64,000 nucleotides of DNA from Balanoglossus misakiensis (Eukaryota; Animalia; Hemichordata). Both the position numbers and the translations under genes were made by a program. The stretch covers positions 14,794,550 to 14,858,549 of the forward strand of contig CM082579.2 of the NCBI GenBank assembly GCA_040954595.2, given 5' to 3'. The first letter of the stretch is position 1. Each line of letters opens with the position of its first letter. The notes under the pieces are model-generated. The model searched no databases and was not told the DNA's origin. It saw only the letters and a list, made by a program, of their open reading frames with translations. Shown here in pieces: positions 56,801-64,000 of this stretch.

Positions 56801-59800
56801 AAATCTCAAAATTTCGTCGATTTTTGAAAAAAATCATGGGTGAAAATCATCAAAAAATGACAAATTTTCGACTTCGCAAAATCTCACAATTTCGTCGATT
56901 TTGAAAAAAATCATAGGTTCGTCGATTTTTTAAAAAAAACATGGGTGAAAATATTCACAAAATGACAAATTTTGAAAAAAAAACGGGTGAAAATCATCAA
57001 AAAATGACACATTTACGACTTTGCAAAATCTCAAAATTTCGTCGATTTTTGAAAAAAAATCATGGGTGAAAATCATCAAAAAATGAAAAATTTTCGTCTT
57101 TGCAAAATCTCAAAATTTCGTCCATTTTTGAAAAAAAATCATGGGTGAAAATCATCAAAAAATGACAAATTTTCGTCTTTGCAAAATCTCAAAATTTCGT
57201 CCATTTCTGAAAAAAATTATGGGTAAAAATCATCAAAAATGACAATTTTTTTTATCTTTGCAAAATCTCAAATTTTCGTCGATTTTTGAAAAAAAATCAT
57301 GGTTGAAAATCATCAAAAAATGACAAATTTTCCTCTTTGCAAAATCTCAAAATTTCGTCGATTTTTTGAAAAATTTTCAACTTTGCAAAATCTCAAAATT
57401 TCGTTGATTTTTGAAAAAAATCATGGGGGAAAATCATCAAAAATGACAAATTTACGACTACAAAATCTCAAAATTTCGTCGATTTGTGAAAAAAAATCAT
57501 GGGTGAAAATCATCAAAAAATGACAAATTTTCGACTGCAAAATCTCAAAATTTCGTCGATTTTTGAAATAAATCATTGTTGAAAATTATCAAAAAATGAC
57601 AAATTTTCCTCTTTGCAAAATCTATAAATTTCGTCGATTTTTGAAAAATTTTCAACTTTGCAAAATCTCAAAATTTCGTCGATTTTTGAAAAAAATCATG
57701 GGGGAAAATCATCAAAAAATGACAAATTTTTGACTGAAAAATCTCAAATTTTCGTCGATTTTTTAAAAAAATTGTTGAAAATCATCAAAAAATGACAAAT
57801 TTTTGACTTTGCAAAATCTCAAAATTTCGTCAATTTTGAAAAAAATCATGGGTGAAAATCATCAAAAAATGACAAATTTTCGACTTTGCAAAATCTGAAA
57901 ATTTCGTCGATTTTTGAGAAAAATCATGGGTGAAAATCATCAAAAAATGACAAATTTTCGACTTTGCAAAATCTGAAAATTTCGTCGATTTTTGAGAAAA
58001 ATCATGGGTGAAAATCATCAAAAAATGACAAATTTTCGACTTTGCAAAATCTCAAATTTTCGTCGATTTTTGAAAAAAATCATGGGGGAAAATGATCAAA
58101 AAATGACAAATTTTCGACTGCAAAATCTCAAAATTTCGTCAATTTTGAAAAAAATCATGGGTGAAAATCATGAAAAAATGACAATTTTTTTACTGCAAAA
58201 TCTCAAAATTTCATCGATTTTTGAAAAAAATCATGGGTGAAAATCATCAAAAAATGACAAATTTTCGACTTTGCAAAATCTCAAAATTTCGTCGATTTTT
58301 GAAGAAAATCAAGGGTGAAAATCATCAAAAAATGACAAATTTTCGACTTTGCAAAATCTCAAAATTTCGTCGATTTTTGAAAAAAAATCATGGTTGAAAA
58401 TCATCAAAAAATGACAAAATGTTCGACTTTGTAAAATCACAAAATTTCGTCGATTTTGAAAAAAATCATAGGTTCGTCGATTTTTTAAAAAAAACATGGG
58501 TGAAAATCATCAAAAAATGACAAATTTTGAAAAAAAACGGGTGAAAATCATCAAAAAATGACCTATTTTCGTCGACTTTGCAAAATCTCAAAATTTCGTC
58601 GATTTTTGAAAAAAATCATGGGGGAAAATCATGAAAAAATGACAAATTTTCCTCTTTGCAAAATCTCAAAATTTCGTCGATTTTTAAAAAAAGACATGGG
58701 TGAAAATCATCAAAAAATAACAAATTTTCGACTTTGCAAAATCTCAAAATTTCGTCAATTTTTGAAAAAATCATGGGTGAAAATCATCAAAAAATGACAA
58801 ATTTTCGTCTTTGCAAAATCTCAACATTTCGTCCATTTAAAAAAAAAAACGGGGGAAAATCATCAAAAAATGACAAATTTTCGACTTTGCAAAATCTCAA
58901 AATTTCGTCGATTTTTGAAAAAAATCATGGGTGAAAATCATCAAAAAATGACAAATTTTCGACTTCGCAAAATCTCACAATTTCGTCGATTTTGAAAAAA
59001 ATCATAGGTTCGTCGATTTTTTAAAAAAAAACATGGGTGAAAATATTCACAAAATGACAAATTTTGAAAAAAAAACGGGTGAAAATCATCAAAAAATGAC
59101 ACATTTACGACTTTGCAAAATCTCAAAATTTCGTCGATTTTTGAAAAAAAATCATGGGTGAAAATCATCAAAAAATGAAAAATTTTCGTCTTTGCAAAAT
59201 CTCAAAATTTCGTCCATTTTTGAAAAAAAAATCATGGGTGAAAATCATCAAAAAATGACAAATTTTCGTCTTTGCAAAATCTCAAAATTTCGTCCATTTC
59301 TGAAAAAAAATTATGGGTAAAAATCATCAAAAATGACAATTTTTTTTATCTTTGCAAAATCTCAAATTTTCGTCGATTTTTGAAAAAAAATCATGGTTGA
59401 AAATCATCAAAAAATGACAAATTTTCCTCTTTGCAAAATCTCAAAATTTCGTCGATTTTTTGAAAAATTTTCAACTTTGCAAAATCTCAAAATTTCGTTG
59501 ATTTTTGAAAAAAATCATGGGGGAAAATCATCAAAAATGACAAATTTACGACTACAAAATCTCAAAATTTCGTCGATTTGTGAAAAAAAATCATGGGTGA
59601 AAATCATCAAAAAATGACAAATTTTCGACTGCAAAATCTCAAAATTTCGTCGATTTTTGAAATAAATCATTGTTGAAAATTATCAAAAAATGACAAATTT
59701 TCCTCTTTGCAAAATCTATAAATTTCGTCGATTTTTGAAAAATTTTCAACTTTGCAAAATCTCAAAATTTCGTCGATTTTTGAAAAAAATCATGGGGGAA

Positions 59801-62800
59801 AATCATCAAAAAATGACAAATTTTTGACTGAAAAATCTCAAATTTTCGTCGATTTTTTAAAAAAAATGTTGAAAATCATCAAAAAATGACAAATTTTTGA
59901 CTTTGCAAAATCTCAAAATTTCGTCAATTTTGAAAAAAATCATGGGTGAAAATCATCAAAAAATGACAAATTTTCGACTTTGCAAAATCTGAAAATTTCG
60001 TCGATTTTTGAGAAAAATCATGGGTGAAAATCATCAAAAAATGACAAATTTTCGACTTTGCAAAATCTGAAAATTTCGTCGATTTTTGAGAAAAATCATG
60101 GGTGAAAATCATCAAAAAATGACAAATTTTCGACTTTGCAAAATCTCAAATTTTCGTCGATTTTTGAAAAAAATCATGGGGGAAAATGATCAAAAAATGA
60201 CAAATTTTCGACTGCAAAATCTCAAAATTTCGTCAATTTTGAAAAAAATCATGGGTGAAAATCATGAAAAAATGACAATTTTTTTACTGCAAAATCTCAA
60301 AATTTCATCGATTTTTGAAAAAAATCATGGGTGAAAATCATCAAAAAATGACAAATTTTCGACTTTGCAAAATCTCAAAATTTCGTCGATTTTTGAAGAA
60401 AATCAAGGGTGAAAATCATCAAAAAATGACAAATTTTCGACTTTGCAAAATCTCAAAATTTCGTCGATTTTTGAAAAAAATAATGGGGAAAATGATCAAA
60501 AAATGACAAATTTTCGACTGCAAAAACTCAAAATTTCGTCAATTTTGAAAAAAATCATGGGTGAAAATCATCAAAAAATGACAAATTTTCCTCTTTGCAA
60601 AATCTCAAAATTTCGTCGATTTTTTGAAAAAAGACGGGTGAAAATCATCTAAAAATGACAAATTTTCGACTTTGCAAAATCTCAAAATTTCGTTGATTTT
60701 TGAAAAAAATCACGGGGGAAAAATCATCAAAAAATGACAAATTTACGACTACAAAATCTCAAAATTTCGTCGATTTGTGAAAAAAAATCATGGGTGAAAA
60801 TCATCAAAAAATGGCAAATTTTCGACTTTGCAAAATCTCAAAATTTCGTCGATTTTTGAAAAAATCATGGGTGAAAATCATCAAAAAATGACAAATTTTC
60901 GACTTTGCAAAATCTCAAAATTTCGTCGATTTTGAAAAAAATAATGGGGAAAATGATCAAAAAATGACAAATTTTCGACTGCAAAAACTCAAAATTTCGT
61001 CAATTTTGAAAAAAATCATGGGTGAAAATCATCAAAAAATGACAAATTTTCCTCTTTGCAAAATCTCAAAATTTCGTCGATTTTTTGAAAAAAGACGGGT
61101 GAAAATCATCTAAAAATGACAAATTTTCGACTTTGCAAAATCTCAAAATTTCGTTGATTTTTGAAAAAAATCACGGGGGAAAATCATCAAAAAATGACAA
61201 ATTTACGACTACAAAATCTCAAAAATTTCGTCGATTTGTGAAAAAAAATCATGGGTGAAAATCATCAAAAAATGGCAAATTTTCGACTTTGCAAAATCTC
61301 AAAATTTCGTCGATTTTTGAAAAAATCATGGGTGAAAATCATCAAAAAATGACAAATTTTCGACTTTGCAAAATCTGAAAATTTTGTTGAATTTTGAAAA
61401 AAATCATGGGGGAAAATGATCAAAAAATGACAAATTTTCGACTGCAAAATCTCAAAATTTCGTCAATTTTGAAAAAAATCATGGTCGAAAATCATCAAAT
61501 AATGACAATTTTTTTACTGCAAAATCTCAAAATTTCATCGATTTTTGAAAAAAATCATGGGTGAAAATCATCAAAAAATGACAAATTTTCGACTTTGCAA
61601 AATCTCAAAATTTCGTCGATTTTTGAAAAAAATCATGGGGAAAATGATCAAAAAATGACAAATTTTCGACTGCAAAATTTCAAAATTTCGTCAATTTTAA
61701 AAAAATCATGGGTGAAAATCAACAAAAAATGACAAATTTTCGACTGCAAAATCTCAAAATTCGTCGATTTTTGAAAAAAAACGGGTGAAAATCATCAAAA
61801 AATGACAAATTTTCGACTGCAAAGACTCAAAATTTCGTCAATTTTGAAAAAAAATCATGGGTGAAAATCATCAAAAAATGACAAATTTTCCTCTTTGCAA
61901 AATCTATAAATTTCGTCGATTTTTGAAAAATTTTTCAACTTTGCAAAATCTCAAAATTTCGTCGATTTTTGAAAAAAAATCATGGGGGAAAATCATCAAA
62001 AAATGACAAATTTTCGACTGCAAAATCTCAAAATTTCGTCGATTTTTGAAATAAATCATTGTTGAAAATTATCAAAAAATGACAAATTTTCCTCTTTGCA
62101 AAATCTCAAAATTTCGTCGATTTTTTGAAAAAAGACGGATGAAAATCATCTAAAATGACAAATTTTCGACTTTGCAAAATCTCAAAATTTCGTTGATTTT
62201 TGAAAAAAATCATGGGGGAAAATCATCAAAAAATGACAAATTTACGACTACAAAATCTCAAAATTTCGTCGATTTGTGAAAAAAAAATCATTGGTGAAAA
62301 TCATCAAAAAATGACAAATTTTCGACTTTGCAAAATCTCAAAATTTTGCCAATTTGAAAAAATCATGGGTGAAAATCATCAAAAATGACAATTTTTTACT
62401 GCAAAATCTCAAATTTTCGTCGATTTTTTAAAAAAATTGTTGAAAATCATCAAAAAATGACAAATTTTCCTCTTTGCAAAATCTCAAAATTTCGTCGATT
62501 TTTGAAAAAAGACATTGGTGAAAATCATCAAAAAATGACAAATTTTCGACTGCAAAAACTCAAAATTTCGTCAATTTTGAAAAAAATCATGGGTGAAAAT
62601 CATCAAAAAATGACAAATTTTTTACTGCAAAATCTCAAATTTTCGTCGATTTTTTAAAAAAATTGTTGAAAATCATCAAAAAATGACAAATTTTGACTGC
62701 AAAATCTCAAAATTTCGTCGATTTTTGAAAAAAAAATCATTGTTGAAAATCATCAAAAAATGACAAAATTTTCCTCTTTGCAAAATCTCAAAATTTCGTC

Positions 62801-63395
62801 GATTTTTGAAAAAAGACATTGGTGAAAATCATCAAAAAATGACAAATTTTCGACTGCAAAAACTCAAAATTTCGTCAATTTTGAAAAAAATCATGGGTGA
62901 AAATCTTCAAAAAATGACAAATTTTCCTCTTTGCAAAATCTATAAATTTCGTCGATTTTTGAAAAATTTTCAACTTAGCAAAATCTCAAAATTTCGTCGA
63001 TTTTAGAAAAAAATCATGGGGGAAAATCATCAAAAAATGACAAATTTTCGACTGCAAAATCTCAAAATTTCGTCGATTTTTGAAATAAATCATTGTTGAA
63101 AATTATCAAAAAATGACAAATTTTCCTCTTTGCAAAATCTCAAAATTTCGTCGATTTTTTGAAAAAAGACGGGTGAAAATAATCTAAAAATGACAAATTT
63201 TCGACTTTGCAAAATCTCAAAATTTCGTTGATTTTTGAAAAAAATCATGGGTGAAAATCATCAAAAAATGACAAATTTACGACTACAAAATCTCAAAATT
63301 TCGTCGATTTGTGAGAAAAATCATGGGTGAAAATCATCAAAAAATGACAAATTTTCGACTTTGCAAAATCTCAAATTTTCGTCGATTTTTGAAAA
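44900..63395 (+). repeat. ~9.25-kb tandem duplication of satellite (copy 1 ~44900-54150, copy 2 ~54150-63395)
   Basis: ORF pairs 45399/54646, 46245/55492, 46893/56140, 47220/56467, 48053/57299, 49313/58558, 50147/59393, 51197/60443 and 52018/61265 all differ by 9245-9247. Rare variants such as CATGGTCGAAAATCATCAAATAATG, CTGCAAAGACTC and CAACTTAGC occur once per copy. Confidence 0.92.
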
Positions 63396-64000
63396 AAATC
63401 ATGGGGGAAAATGATCAAAAAATGACAAATTTTCGACTGCAAAATCTCAAAATTTCGTCAATTTTGAAAAAAATCATGGGTGAAAATCATGAAAAAATGA
63501 CAATTTTTTTACTGCAAAATCTCAAAATTTCATCGATTTTTGAAAAAAATCATGGGTGAAAATCATCAAAAAATGACAAATTTTCGACTTTGCAAAATCT
63601 CAAAATTTCGTCGATTTTTGAAGAAAATCAAGGGTGAAAATCATCAAAAAATGACAAATTTTCGACTTTGCAAAATCTCAAAATTTCGTCGATTTTTGAA
63701 AAAAATAATGGGGAAAATGATCAAAAAATGACAAATTTTCGACTGCAAAAACTCAAAATTTCGTCAATTTTGAAAAAAATCATGGGTGAAAATCATCAAA
63801 AAATGACAAATTTTCCTCTTTGCAAAATCTCAAAATTTCGTCGATTTTTTGAAAAAAGACGGGTGAAAATCATCTAAAAATGACAAATTTTCGACTTTGC
63901 AAAATCTCAAAATTTCGTTGATTTTTGAAAAAAATCACGGGGGAAAATCATCAAAAAATGACAAATTTACGACTACAAAATCTCAAAATTTCGTCGATTT

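Larger units (their letters stand above)
12379..64000 (+). repeat. 78-bp AT-rich satellite DNA array (>=51.6 kb, continues past the window end)
   Basis: Consensus TCATGGGTGAAAATCATCAAAAAATGACAAATTTTCGACTTTGCAAAATCTCAAAATTTCGTCGATTTTTGAAAAAAA (78 nt, giving the 26-aa period in the ORF track). Head-to-tail in one orientation with no TE interruption seen. Starts abruptly mid-monomer at TTTTCGACTTTGC. Confidence 0.98.

Noticed and set aside
12297-63877. Over a hundred Lys/Arg/Phe-rich ORFs with the 26-aa repeat MGENHQKMTNFRLCKISKFRRFLKKI
   Set aside because: They arise because the 78-bp monomer is a multiple of 3 with one stop-free frame. Homopolymer length changes break frames every few monomers, and there is no splice or codon-level constraint.
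12379-64000. CRISPR-like array
   Set aside because: There are no unique spacers between repeats and no cas genes, and the context is eukaryotic.

Overview
Eukaryotic, non-genic DNA with no intact protein-coding gene; the repeat families suggest a metazoan, probably a marine invertebrate (inference). Bases 1-12378 are a decayed, nested transposon stack. It holds an intron-containing hAT/ZNF862-like transposase pseudogene (721-1812) and a ~6-kb Helentron/DINE-1-type non-autonomous element (~1901-7899, minus strand). That element contains an L2 LINE 3' end and an internal APE-RT LINE fragment, each interrupted by a copy of the same 576-bp TTAA-targeting Kolobok/T2-like MITE. Two foldback TTAA MITEs and a compound microsatellite follow. 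From 12379 to the window end (>=51.6 kb) is a single-orientation AT-rich 78-bp satellite array. It has truncated monomer variants, successive variant layers and nested duplications with offsets of ~0.62, 0.91, 1.4-1.7, 2.1, 2.4, 2.8 and 9.25 kb, and is a candidate (peri)centromeric array. All ORFs after 12.3 kb are translations of the satellite. I see no RNA genes and no CRISPR array. I see no convincing new enzymatic system; the interest lies in the satellite architecture and the TE nesting history.
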